From positions 97,278,001 to 97,342,000 of the forward strand of contig NC_091477.1 of NCBI RefSeq assembly GCF_036971445.1: 64,000 nt of DNA. The letters are read 5' to 3'. The DNA is from Narcine bancroftii. Its lineage: Eukaryota. Positions 51,549 through 64,000 of the stretch are shown here, one piece after another; the first letter of the stretch is position 1, and the number at the start of each line of letters is the position of its first letter. Both the position numbers and the translations under genes were made by a program. The notes beneath the pieces were generated by a model. The model was not told the DNA's origin, searched no databases, and was given only the letters and a program-made list of their open reading frames with translations.

Positions 51549-52855
51549 CAATCATCCCAGTACCCAAGAAGAAAAGTATGAGCTACATCAACGTGTACTG
51601 CCTATTAGCACCAACTTCTACTGTGATTAAATGCTTTTAGAGCCTGGTCATGGCCAAAATTAACACAGACTTAACCACACATCCGGACCCACTGCAATTC
51701 GCCTTTCGTCACAATCACCCCACAGCATACGCAATATCACTGGCTCTCCACTCAGCTCTGGATCACCTCGAAAATGGCAATTCATACATATAGCTGCTCT
51801 TCATCAACTACAGCTCAGGCTTCAATACCATATTCCCTTAGTGCAGGTCAAGAAACTACAAACTCTTGGCCTCTGTAACCCTCTCTGCAACTGGATCCTT
51901 GACTTTCTCATCACAAGACCATAGTCAGTATGAATTGGAAACGACATCTCCACCTCAATGATTATCAACACATAAGGATGTGTGGTTAGCCCATTGCTCT
52001 ACTCATTATACACCCATGACTGTGTGGCCAGGCACAATTCCAATGCTATCTACAAGTTCTTCAATGACACCACAGTTGTCAGTAGAATCACAAAGAGTAG
52101 TGAGGAAGCATAGAGGAGGAAGATTAATCAGCTCGTTGAATGGTGTAACAACAACAACTTATGCTCACCATCAGCAAAACCAAGGAGATGATTATGGGCT
52201 TCAGGAGGAAGTCAGGAGAACATGACCCAGTCCTCATCGAGGGCTCAGTTGTGGAGAGGGTCAAGAACTTCAAATTCCTGGATATCAACATCTCCAAGGA
52301 TCTGTCCTGGAGCCTCCATGTTGATGCAATTACAAAGAAGGCTCGCAAGCAGTTATATTTTGTGAGGTGTCTGAGGAGATTCGGTAGGTCACTGAAGATT
52401 CTTGTAAACTTCCACAGTGGAGAGCTTTCTGGCTGGTTGCATCACTGCCTGGTATGGAGGTGCCAACTCTCAGGACTAGAATAAACTCCAGAGGGTTGTT
52501 AACTTGGCCTACTACATCACAGACACCAGATTTAACTCCATTTAGGGCATCTACATGAGGCGTGGTCTATCTCAAAGACCCCCACCATCCAAGCCATGGC
52601 CTCTTCATTTTGCTACCATCGGAAAGAAGGTACAGGAGCCTAAAGATGAACACTCAATGGCACAAGGACAACTTCTTCCCCGCTGCCATCAAATTCCTGA
52701 ATAATCAATGAACCAAAGTCATTGCCTTATTTTTTGTGCCCTATTATTTTTATTTATTTTTTAATGTTGTAAGATGGTTATATTTACACTATGATGCTGC
52801 CATGAAATACTGAATTTCACGACTTGTTCATGACTATAAATTCTGATTCTGATTG
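51549..52855 (+). mobile_element. Rex1/Babar-clade LINE
   Basis: IIPVPKKK...DPLQFAFR...LCNWILDFL...KTKEMIMGFRR...VERVKNFKFL; (ttctga)n tail. Confidence 0.9.
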
Positions 52856-53257
52856 AGATCCACCACAGTAATTAGCAGTGCAATCTTCCACGCATCAGGT
52901 TTGCTATCGAGTCCAGTGACTTGCAAGTACAGTATGAATCATTGTTTGAAAAACCTTCACCCATGGTCGACATGTCTATAATGTCAGGAGCCTTTACACT
53001 CTCCATGTTATCTGCTGCTATCAACTGATTCTCACTCAGCACCCTCCTGGTGTTTCTTCCACTCTTGGTATAATGTGATGTTTCTTTCATTGTAATAAAG
53101 AAACTTGGGTTCTTTTATAACAATTATACTATACTTTATTAGCTACAGTACTCACTCAAAACCTCAAGGAGGCATCCATTTTGAATCAACTCCTTTATGC
53201 AACAACTCATCTCTGACTCCCTCTAGTGGTCAGGATTATCACTAGCACACTATCATT

Positions 53258-54480
53258 ACACTGTTCAGCCATTGTCAGATCTAGTTCACTATTTCACCAT
53301 GAATACCTAGTGTCTGAACTTTCCTGACTAACCTCTCATGTGGGACCTTGTCAAATAACTTACTAAAGACCATGTAGAGAACATCCATAGCCTTTCCTTT
53401 GTCAACTTTCCTGGTAACCTCCTCAAAAAACTCTATAAGATTGGTTAAATACAATCTACCATGCACAAAACCATGTTGACTATCCCCAGTCAGTTCCTGG
53501 CTATCCAAATAATTGTATATCCCATCTCTTAGAACATCTTTTAATGATTTACCAACTACTAACATCAGGCTCACCGGTCCTTAATTTCCAGGGTTATTTT
53601 TGGAGCCTATTTTAAACAACGGAACAAAGTGAGTTACACTCCAATCCTCTGGCACTACACCCATGGTGAAGGATAAATATTTCTGCCAGAGTCCCTGTAC
53701 TTTCTACACTAGCCTCCCTCAAGGTCTGAGAGAATATCTTGTCAAGCTCTGGGGATTTATCTACTCTTAATTAATTTAAGACAGCAAGCTATTCCTCCTC
53801 TTTAACCTGTATAGATTCCATGACTTCTGCTTGTTTTCCTTACTTCCCACAACTATGTGCCCATTTCTTGAGTGAATCTGATGAAAAAAAAATTAAGATA
53901 TCCCCCATCTCTTTTAGCTCCATATAAAGCTAATCACTCTGATCTTCAAGGGAACCAATTTTTCTCCCTTACTATCCTTTTGCTCAATATACCTTAGGAT
54001 TTTCCTTCACATTATCTGCCAAAGCTACCTCATTTTTTATTTCTTTGAGTTTTTTTTTCTTACATTTGTATATACTCTTAAAGTACCTCTTTTGTTCCAT
54101 GTTGCCGATACCTGCTATAAACCTCTCTCTCCTTCTGAACTAGATCCCAAACATCCTTCGAAAACCAAGGTTCCCTATGCCCGTTAACTTTGCCTTTAAT
54201 CCTGACAGGAACATACAAACACTGTACTCTCAAAATTTCACCTTTGAAGGTACTCCACTTACACCTCCTAGATGTGATAGTGTCCCTGTAAGTCCTGTCT
54301 ACCACCCCATCTGCCTCCCAAATGATCCAGAGTTCATCCAACTCTAGCTCCAATTCCTTAAAAAACTTGTCAGGAACTGCAACTGGATGCACTTCTCACA
54401 GATAAGTCATCAGGGATTCTGCTGGCTTCCCTGATGACCCACATTCTGCAAGAAGAGCATTCCTCTGCCTTGGCTGCTAT
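53258..54480 (-). mobile_element. CR1-type LINE internal fragment
   Basis: DSQHGFVHGRLYLTNLIEFFEEVTRKVDKGKAMDVLYMVFSKLFDKVPHERL. Confidence 0.88.
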
Positions 54481-55057
54481 TCTTACTGTTTATGATTTGG
54501 GGAAAAATATGATATTCAAAACCTGCCCTAACCTGTGCCTAAGTGCTGAATCCTTTTTGGCCCTTTCTTACTTCAACTCCTGCACCACCACCTCAGCCAC
54601 TTTTCACCAAAGTCACTTGAGCCAAAGCCTTTCCACTCTGACTCAGTCCACTCCGATAATGACTGTTTCGCTACACAGTTCCTCACTTTGGGTCATGTAA
54701 CCTAGATTTCCCAATGAACTGGTCCTCCATCTTCAACTGTTGAACTCAATTGTCCAATTGTTAAATATTTATCAAATGAATTTAAGTTAAATCACACAAA
54801 TATTAAGAAATAGGAGCAGAAAGTGGTTCTGCAGCCACTGGTGTGTTCTTTGCCACTCAATAAACCTAAATTTCCTTAAATCTTTTGATCTTCATCTTGA
54901 ATACATTGTAAAACTGCTTACCACCTCGGGTTCTTCTGCACAACAATGGCCACAGCATCAGTACACTTATCCTATTGTTAAGGAAGCTTATCTCTCTCCT
55001 ACTCCTCTCTGTACCCAGCTATGTGTACAGCTGTTATGAGTAGATATTCAGAAGTCG

Positions 55058-56860
55058 AGTTCAAGTTAAAATTTATTGTCATGTATGTACTCTAACATCA
55101 CATACAACCCTGAGATTCATTTTCCTGTGGGCTAGACAAAATTTCTGCTTATTGTTAGTGTAAACTGAACTCAGAAAAAGATATGTATAGAAAAGAGGGA
55201 ATTGTAGACAAAGAAAGAAATGTAAACAAACTATGAAAACAGAGAAAAATATTCTGTAATAAATAATGTGCAAAGTAAAAGTCCTTAAATGAGTCTCTGA
55301 TTGAGCCTGTTATTAGGAGCCTGATGATGGAAGGATACAAACTGTTCTTGAACCTGGTGGTATGAGTCTTGTGGTACATATACCTCTTTCCAAATGGCAA
55401 GTGAGAACAGAGCATGTCCTCGGTGGTGTGGATCCTTGCTGCTCTACAACAACAGCATTCCATGTAGATCTTCTTGATGGTGGGGAGTTCTGCCTGCAAT
55501 GTAGTGAGCTATGTCCACAATTTTTGGCAAGGTTTTCTGCTCAGAGATTTTGGTACCCCCATACCAGGCCATGAAATAGATAGTCAGCACACTTTCCACG
55601 ACATATTTGTGGACGATTGCCAAGGCTGCCAACGTCATACTGCACCTCCGCAAACTCTTAAGGAGTTATAGATCCTGATGTGCTTTCTTCACGATGACAT
55701 TAGATTTCAGATTTATTGTCAGAGTACATACAACCATGAGATTCTTTTTTACTACGGGAGAAGAAGAATTACCACTTATTGGTAGTGCAAAAAAAAACTG
55801 TGTACAGCATATACATGTAAACAGATAACAAATGTAAACAAACTGACTGTGCAATACAGAGAGAATTTTTTAAAAATCAATAAAATGCACAAGTAAGAGT
55901 CCTTAAATTAGTCCCTGATTGAGTTTATTACTGAGGAGTTGGATGGTGAAGGGGTAGCAGCTGTTCCTGAACCTGGTGGTGTGCGTCTTGTGGCACCTAT
56001 ACCTCTTTCCAGATGGCAGCAGTGAGAACAGAGCGTGTGCTGGGTAGTGTGAATCTTGATGATTTCTGCTGCTCTCTGATGCCAGTGTTCCCTGTAGATG
56101 TTCTTGATAGAGGGGAGGGTTTTGCCTGTGATGTCCTGGGCTGTGTCCTCTCCCTGTTGGAAGGCTTTATGCTCAGGGATATTGGTGTCCCCATGCCAGA
56201 CTGTGATGCAGCCAGTCAGCACACTTTCCACCACACATCTGTAGAAATTTGCCAGTTTTTCTGGTGTCATACCAAACCTCTGCAAACTCCTGAGGAAGTA
56301 GAGGTGCTAACATGCTTTCTTCAAGATGCTATTAGCGTGTTGTGTCCAGGAAAGATCCTCCAAGATAGTGACTCTCAAGAATTTAAATTTTCTCACCCTC
56401 TCCACCTCCGATTCCCCAATGATCATTGGATTGTATACCTCTGGCTTACCCTTCCTGAACTCAACAATCAGCTCCTTAGTTTTGGTGACATTGTTGGTGC
56501 ACCATTCAGTCAAGTTTTCAATCTCCCTCCTGTATGCTGACTCATCATCTTTATACAACCCACCGTTGTATCATCGGCAAATTTGTAGATGGCGTTATTG
56601 TCAAACCAAGCCACACAGTTATAGGTATAAATTGAGTAGAGCAGGGGACAAAAAATGCAGCCCAGTGATCCAGTACTGATGGAGATGGTGGAGGAGATTG
56701 TACTATGTTGGGTCCAGGAAAGGTCCTCTGGGATAATGACTCCCAGGAATTTAAATTTGCTGCCGCTCTCCACCTCTGATCACCCAATGATAACTGGATT
56801 GGACACTTCTGGTTTTTCCTCCTTGAAGTTCACAATCTGCTCCTTGGTTTTGGTGACAAT
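55058..56860 (-). mobile_element. Cluster of tandem or nested Rex1/Babar fragments
   Basis: Two 3' ends (~55058 and ~55700) and a repeated RT C-terminal segment (KTKELIVEFRKG...FKFL). Confidence 0.85.
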
Positions 56861-57139
56861 GAAAGCCTGCAAGCCAAACTCCTTCTTCACCACCTATTCT
56901 TGAGTTGCCTCTTTCAAGGAGCTGTAACATTTGGTCAAACTCACCAACTGTCGGGGTGCGCCATCTCTTGTTTACTGACGATATTATGCAGCTCTGCAAG
57001 TGCCTGTTTGTAATAGACATCAGGAGGGATACAAACTCTGGTAACAACTACTGATGGGAACTCTCAGGGTAGATAGAAGGGTGTGCATTTGACCAAGATT
57101 TGCTCTCTAAGGCAGCGGAGCAGGGGTTTGACATAACTC

Positions 57140-57530
57140 CAATTCTCAACGAAGAATTTTTTTCTCATCTGTTAGAATGGCTGGCCTCTTATTTTGGGAG
57201 TTGATTGTTTCTAGTCACCTCAGCCAGATGAAACCCAAGTCCTCATCTACTTTGTCAAGCCCCTCCAATTTATTGATGTCCTACTCTTCCTCTTTGTGCA
57301 GCCTCAATAATGCCTTGTACAGCTGAATGATGAAGTGCTAATTTTTAAAATCAATACCACACCCAATGAAAACCTGCAAGCCAAACACTCTCTTCACCAC
57401 CTATTCTTGAGTTGCCACTTTCAAGGAACGATGTGCCTGTACTCCCATGGCATATCATTTACTGTGTATCTCCTGCCCTGATTTGACTTGCTAAAATGCA
57501 ATGCCTCACTTGTCAGAATTAAATACTACT
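57140..57530 (-). mobile_element. Degraded CR1-type fragment; a 64-bp piece (57364-57427) is also present at 56857-56920
   Basis: caatgaaa.cctgcaagccaaac...ttgagttgcc.ctttcaagga occurs twice. Confidence 0.55.
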
Positions 57531-58370
57531 CAGCTACTGTTCAATTTCTTTGGGTAAATTTCTCATTGGTGTTTTCAATACAAATTGTAATAGGTGTCCT
57601 ATGTCTATTTACAACTACCCTTTGTTGAGTTCACTGTTCTCAGTGTCACATGACACAGAAACAGGCAATCTATCAAGGATCCATTTTCTTTCATTTCATT
57701 GCTTTTTCTCCACATTCCTTCGACACTCCAGTTCCACCCGTGACATGCACAAACACACATCGTTATTTTATGATGACCGATTGATCTACCAATCCACACT
57801 TCTTTGGGGTGTGTGAGGAAAGCAGAAGCACCCAGAGGAAACCCATGTGGTCACAAGGAGAACCTGCAAATTGCACACAAATAGCAACAAATGACTAGAA
57901 GTAACCTGGATCATTGGACCATACCACCCAATGCTTAAAAGTCTACAATAGAGGGAGAGATCTTGGATAGAGAAAGCATGAGGGCAGCTCTCAAGAATTT
58001 GGTGCACACTTGTATTAAATGTTTGGAGAGATGAAAACAAACAAGTGAGAACAATCAAAATGTATTTCAGTTGTTTTCCCTTATTTATTAATAAGCTCTA
58101 TGAATTGCCATTTCACCTTTATGATTTTGTTTTGCCAGGTTAATTGGTTAGGCCAAGGAAACACAGATTTGGCCCATTGCATTGCAAATGCTACTTAAAG
58201 ATTTGTTAATTACATATTCATTTTGTAAACTAATCTCCCTTTCAGGCCAAGAGAATTCAAATTAAACTCTCTCACCAGCCTCTACCTCCTGCACATTCCC
58301 CCACCAAAACTTGCACCCAACCACTTGTTCACCTCAAGGTTAAATGGAATGCAATATTTTGCTGATCTCC

Positions 58371-58503
58371 TTCTTTGGCTTGGCTTCGCGGACAAAGATT
58401 TATGGAGGGGTAATGTCCACGTCAGCTGCAGGCTCGTTTGTGGCTGACAAGTCCGATGCGGGACAGGCAGACACGGTTGCAGCGGCTGCAGGGGAAAATT
58501 GGT
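58371..58503 (-). mobile_element. Young RTE LINE, very short 3' fragment
   Basis: Same 3' end as the other four copies. Confidence 0.9.
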
Positions 58504-58604
58504 ATCAAACTTTGAAGGAACATGTACTTTCTGTGGTTTAATGTCAATCTAAAAAAGTGAAATAGTAGTGCATCTACTCCAACTCTACTTCCTACTGCTT
58601 TGAG

Positions 58605-58912
58605 GAAGCTGCCACACTGTCTTTTCCCCCTCCTATCAGGCAGAGAATGAACAAGCTAGAAAACACTAAGCTCCAGATTCAAGGACAGCTTCTTTCCTGC
58701 TGTTTTCAGTATCTGGAATGGACCAACCACTGGTAAAACTTTCTGTACCTGCAATGTTTAAACTGTACTTTGGACTTTGTCCTAGTAACACCATGCCCTG
58801 CACACTTCATTATTACACTATCTACTGTACTTACATATGCGTTGTCCTGCCTGGAGAGCACACGAAACAAAGCTTTTCACTGCATCTTGATACAAATGAA
58901 AATGCAATTCAA
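58605..58912 (+). mobile_element. Rex1-like 3' tail, degraded
   Basis: LFPLLSGR...RFKDSFFPAV and aaagcttttcactgcatcttg tail. Confidence 0.55.
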
Positions 58913-61270
58913 TAATCAGAAACTTTATTCATATTTTATTATCCAAAAAAAATGTCATTTGCATTAAAATATATCAAAGTATAATGATCTAGTTCATATG
59001 GTGAAATATGTAATCTTAAAATAGATTTATAATTATGTTAGAATTATTATATTTGATTTATATTTAATCCTTTACAAAGAGACTTTGGAATAATGTAAAA
59101 ATTGTATATATTAATGAACCTTAAAAAGTCTTTCTTAAAATTAGCTGCATAGAAAATGTCAAATCTCTTTCATCAAGGTTATTTCATGTCTATAGCTATG
59201 ACAAATTAAAAATATGCCAAACCATTATTCTAACTGTTTAAAGGTAAATTTGTATTAACACCATATATTTAAAATAAAAATAGAAAATGTTGGAAAAACT
59301 TCTCTAAAGTCTTCACTTTTTTCTTTCCACAGCAGCTGCCTGACCGACTGATAGAGTGCTTCGAGCAATTTCTGTGAATTTCAGATTGCCCGCATCTGCA
59401 ATTTTCTGACTTTTAAATATATATTTAACAAGAATTAAAAGAAAGTCTCAAAGTATATCTTTATTTGAATGACCCTATGTCTCAATTTTATATGAACCAT
59501 GTTAATTTCAACCACAATGTAGAATTGGGGAACAGCTTGAGAATTGATTCCCATGTTTTATTACATAGAGCAGGGAAACAGACCCTTTGGCCTGCATTAA
59601 TCACTGACCTCACAATTACGCTCATCCCACATTACCTAATTTTTACATTCTTCTCATTTTCATCAATTCCCACCAAGATTCTACCAGAGGGGCACATTAA
59701 AGAGCTATTTATGGTAACCAATTAACGTATCAACCCCATGACCTTGGGACCTGGAGGAAACCCGCAGTTACAGGGAGAAGACATCAGCCAAGATCAGGAT
59801 TGAACTTGGTCTTTGGCACTGCAAGTAACAGATCTACTTGCTAGGTCTCTGTGTTGCAAAGAGCTCAAGCCAATCCTACCTCACGTATGTATATCTGGCT
59901 CAGGCCCTGTGGCAGCACAAATCTTACATGGACACAGGACCTATTTGAACCAGAGGTATCACAATCATGGTCAACCGTCAAGTGGTGACAAGGCCTCAGT
60001 GGTAGCTCCTGAGGCTTACTCCTGACAACCTCCATTGTCAATGCCTTTTCAAATGTTTCTCAATGAACAGACATTGAAAGAAAAAGCAGCTGAAATAGAT
60101 TTGACTGATTAAAAGATAAAAAATTAAAAGACTTAAACAAATGATTTCAAACTGATGTTTTAATATCAAAATATTTAAAAAGAAAAATCAAACCTTTTCC
60201 TTTTCTTTCTCAGTCAGTAATCCTACTTGTCCAAACAACACAACTCCACAATCTTTATTGCTTGGAAAAAGCATCAAAACTATGATGTCCTCATGTTTTT
60301 ATCCTGGCCCATCGTTGCACGGAACCATCCCCACAACTAGCTGCTGACCTGATTCCCCCAACTCACAATCACCACAGGCATTTCATTTAAGTTTCAGGTC
60401 TTCCCAAGCTACTGCCAAAACTAATGATCTGATGCCCTGATTAGATCCAGGATCTTAACAATAATGCAGGTGGTTCATTTTTTTAATTCCATTAAATTGT
60501 ATTGGTTTTTTGGATCATTGAAAAATCCCAAGGACTGCGGTACCACTCAACTTTACCGGTGTTCCCCAGTCTACAGGTTTATCTCCTCAAGCAGTCATCA
60601 TCAATATCTACCACAGAAAGGAATACTTTGGATATTTTAGGTAATAATATTATAAACCCCAATAAGAATGACAATTTGGTTTGTTAAATTGAATGTTCAT
60701 TATGTTAGATTTCAAAAGGTTAAAAACAATATAAGAGAATAAGCCTGAAAATATCACTTCTAATGTGCTGAACTCCAAATTGTCCTTGGTTAATGACAGC
60801 TTAAATGGGTGAAAATCTGGCTAAAAATAAATAAAAGAAAACTAAAATTGCCGAAAGCAGACATTTCTTAGTATCTCAAAATATTAGCTTAACAAATGCT
60901 GTCCTTGGATTTCCTTCTTTGGTGAATAAGCAGAAGCTTTTGGTCAACACAAGTATGATTTGATTTATGAATAACAGAGGCTTTAATTATTTTTCTATTA
61001 ACAATTGAACTTAATAGACAATGGTGTCCAGACTGCACAGGAGAAATTGTAATTAAACTTAAACATTTAAATTGTAGACCATATTTATGATCAATTACAC
61101 TCAGTCCAGAAGTATATTTCAACTCCAAAGGTTAAGTTAAGGATTGAAGATTTAGAATTTAGGCCAAATTTTTCGAAAAGGAAGTCAAAGAGGCATAATC
61201 AATTGCACAAAAACTGAAGTAATTGGAACTGAAGGTTTTCAAGAGATGGACAGCATCCCTTGTGTTGCTC

Positions 61271-61480
61271 ACTCACACTGACCCGGACTCGAACTGGGGG
61301 CAAGCTTGTAGCATGACAGCCTTTATAGGGGAGGAGCTTCGAGCTGACCAGTGAGATCAGGGTCAAACAGGAAAGGTCATGTCGTTTACATGCACGTACA
61401 AGTTTCACCACACAGAACCACTGAGCTCCTGGAGCAAATGAGTTCAGAACAAGAATATAGCCTCTGCCAATCCGACAACC
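61271..61480 (-). promoter_or_regulatory. Candidate Pol II core promoter (TATA, Inr, nearby donor)
   Basis: Minus strand TATAAAG at 61327-61321, Inr-like CCAGTTC with A at 61295, GTGAGT at 61276-61271; upstream RGGTCA half-sites, TACGTG and CCAAT. Confidence 0.35.
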
Positions 61481-64000
61481 ACAGTTCACCAAGTAAACCA
61501 ACACCATTGTGTCTGCCTCTTGAAAGATCGGTGACTTTAGTGGTCAGACAGGAAGAGAAAGGGCAACAGATCAGCCAGACAAAATTTGAGGCATTATGAA
61601 TGACAATGGTGAACAAGACCAGATTATTCTGTACAGTTGCTGCCATAATGGTGACTTTGAGAGCAAATTCAGGAAATAAGAAATAAGTAAAATCTGGATG
61701 TGTAAGAATTTAGAACTGAAGATGAAAATTTGGCAAATGAAGGGCTGGGGTTCATAGAAATAGCATTTCACAACATCACAGAGTACCTTGAAAACAAGGG
61801 CGAGTATTTTAAGACTGTGACATGATGCCAAAACATACCAACAAGCACAGAAGCAACTAGTGAATGGGGTTTTGAATGTTCTGAATTCAAGACAGCAGTT
61901 TCAAATGTTTTTAATTTTAGGAGGGCACAAAATGTGGGGCTGGCTACAAGTGCACTGGATTCATCAAGCTGAAAGAAAAGAAAAAGAAAAACTAGAGAAT
62001 GAACTTCACTGTCAAATGTGCATGGTTGTGTATTATTTCTAGGAAAGCTCCTTCTTGTATATTGATTAATGTAACTATCAGAAAGGATTTTAAAGATATT
62101 GTGGAGTAGCTGAGCAAACATCTGAAAGAAAGCCAAATTCTCTGGAAAAGTGAGCCCTCCCCTTAATAGGAGAAATTGCTGTTTATCTCCTGCCTGTTGT
62201 CAGAGATGGAACAAGTACATCCACTGTCTTCCAACTTTCCTCCCTCCACACCTCCTCATCAAAACACAGGGATTCAGGAACAGTTGAATTCCCAGAATGA
62301 ATTCATAAATTCACTGTGTGTTTTAAATATTTAGTGAAATTTTCCAAAAGTTCCACGACATGTTCAAAACAGTGAAAGGTAAACCAAACCAATTTTGCAA
62401 AATTAACAGTCCTCAGAGGAGTTAAAGCAATAATGATTTTCAGGTGGGTGAAAATACAAATATCTTAGCTTTTGCTCCAGGTAAATGTGGCTGATTAGAT
62501 TTCTGATGATGAGGGTCACTCTAAGTAAATCACGGCAGATACTTCCTATGGATTGAGTTAGGCAGATGATTTCTCCACCTTCTTCCAATCATCAGATCAA
62601 AAACAGATTCTTCCCATTGGTCAGTGGAAAAACAAATCAGGTGATTGTCTATAATTTCTTCATCACCTGCTTTCCATTTCTAAAGTTGATTTTCACCCAT
62701 TTTTCCTGCAGAGAAAAGTACTGCCAACACTGTTACAAATCATACAATCTGGTAGAAATAATGATCATAATTGAACACATGCTGGTATTTAATATATTTA
62801 CAAGCGCATATTAAAATAATATCTGATAGAAAAACACAAACAAAGTGGGATAAATAAAGTGCTTGATTTAATGGTAATATAGATATGATCCATTCACTGA
62901 TCAAAAGAAATAAGGGGTTTGACGACTTGCTGGAACCATAACAAGGAATCCCAGCTGATGGCTGTTAATCGTTGAAAATGCAAGAAACATTTTAATGCTC
63001 ATTTATTAAGTTTATTCAAGGCAAAGACAAAGATGTTTCAGGACCCAAAGGATATCCAGGCTTAGAGGGATCAAGCCACAGAGTAGAGACGAAGATCAGA
63101 CCAACCACAATCTTTATGGATTGGTTGATCAAATTCAAAGATCCATCAGATCCTCTTCCAGCATCTGATTCTTTTCCCTTTAAAGTTTTCCAGCACAGGG
63201 ATTAGCCAGCCTATCAATAGCGTGGAGGACTTCAAAGCCCATTTTAACTGTGAAATTTAAAGTCCTAATATCAGAATCTGCATCCAGTGACTTTTGCCTG
63301 TTGGATCACATCAGTTAACATGCAACTAGCAATGAATTCTGGGCTGGAAAGAAAAATCCAAAGCATCTGTAAGATTAAAGGCAACTTTCCTTTGCTCCTA
63401 CTCATCTCATGTAGGCCCTCAGGGAGGATGGACTGATCTGGACATATCTTGATGTATATTCAGTAACAGCTACAATCAAGCAGTCTGTAGATAGATGACT
63501 TCTGAGTCTTCCAGAGAAAAATGGAGTGCAACAGAGGGTAGACACATGAAAAATAAAATGTAGAACAGAATGTTGCAGATGTGTACACAAACATTCACAC
63601 TAAAGCTCTCAGGATGTGTGCTTGCCTCTCCAAAAGCCAAAATTAAGTCCTCTATAGGCTCCTGGTCAGAGGAGAGTTTCCAATTCCTCTGGACTGATTA
63701 GATCTCGAAACAAGCCATTACTGTTTGTAACATGTCAGAATCTAAAATTGGTGTTTGCAATTGCCAGTTATTGGATGCAAGATCCACTGTATTGTTGGGA
63801 TCTGGTCAGGTGGCCAATCATGGATATCAGAAATGAGAAAGGTACAATGATGAGGAAGGGGCCAGGTAAGAAAACTGATGGAGAAGAAATAATAGGATAG
63901 TAGGAAAATAAGATGCAAGAAGAATTTGTATGTCATGTTGGAGACTTTTTATAGAGTAAACAGTATGCACTGACCCCTTGAGCTTCATAATGATTAAACC

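Noticed and set aside
51286-51640. ORFs containing X runs
   Set aside because: Artefacts of translating the N gap
62500-62597. Possible C/D snoRNA (atgatga within a 9-bp terminal stem)
   Set aside because: No D box (CTGA) next to the 3' stem and no known host-intron context
1-64000. CRISPR arrays, operons or prokaryotic defence systems
   Set aside because: The sequence is eukaryotic and no regularly spaced repeat-spacer array is present

Overview
Vertebrate genomic DNA, inferred to be from a cartilaginous fish (shark or ray) because the repeats are dominated by CR1, Rex1/Babar, RTE, L1, Penelope and V-SINE elements. The only host coding sequence I can support is a 21-nt first coding exon on the minus strand (2892-2872, MYQGHMQ followed by a GTCAGT donor) inside a CpG-rich island. 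It matches exon 1a of PEX5L/TRIP8b, so bases 1-2871 are intron 1 and the remaining ~61 kb is upstream sequence full of transposon remnants, with one 134-N assembly gap. Nearly all ORFs in the track are transposon fragments or noise. I found no new protein-coding system. The best leads are structural: (1) two independent copies of a young RTE retrotransposon with twin-priming-type 5' inversions and 12-bp TSDs; (2) a compound hAT transposon made of two inverted MITEs plus a captured spacer, seen both as a unit and as a solo MITE; (3) Penelope-like elements with hammerhead-ribozyme core motifs; (4) short templated duplications; (5) a candidate TATA/Inr promoter near 61.3 kb pointing toward PEX5L. 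Boundaries of old repeats are approximate and were read by eye.
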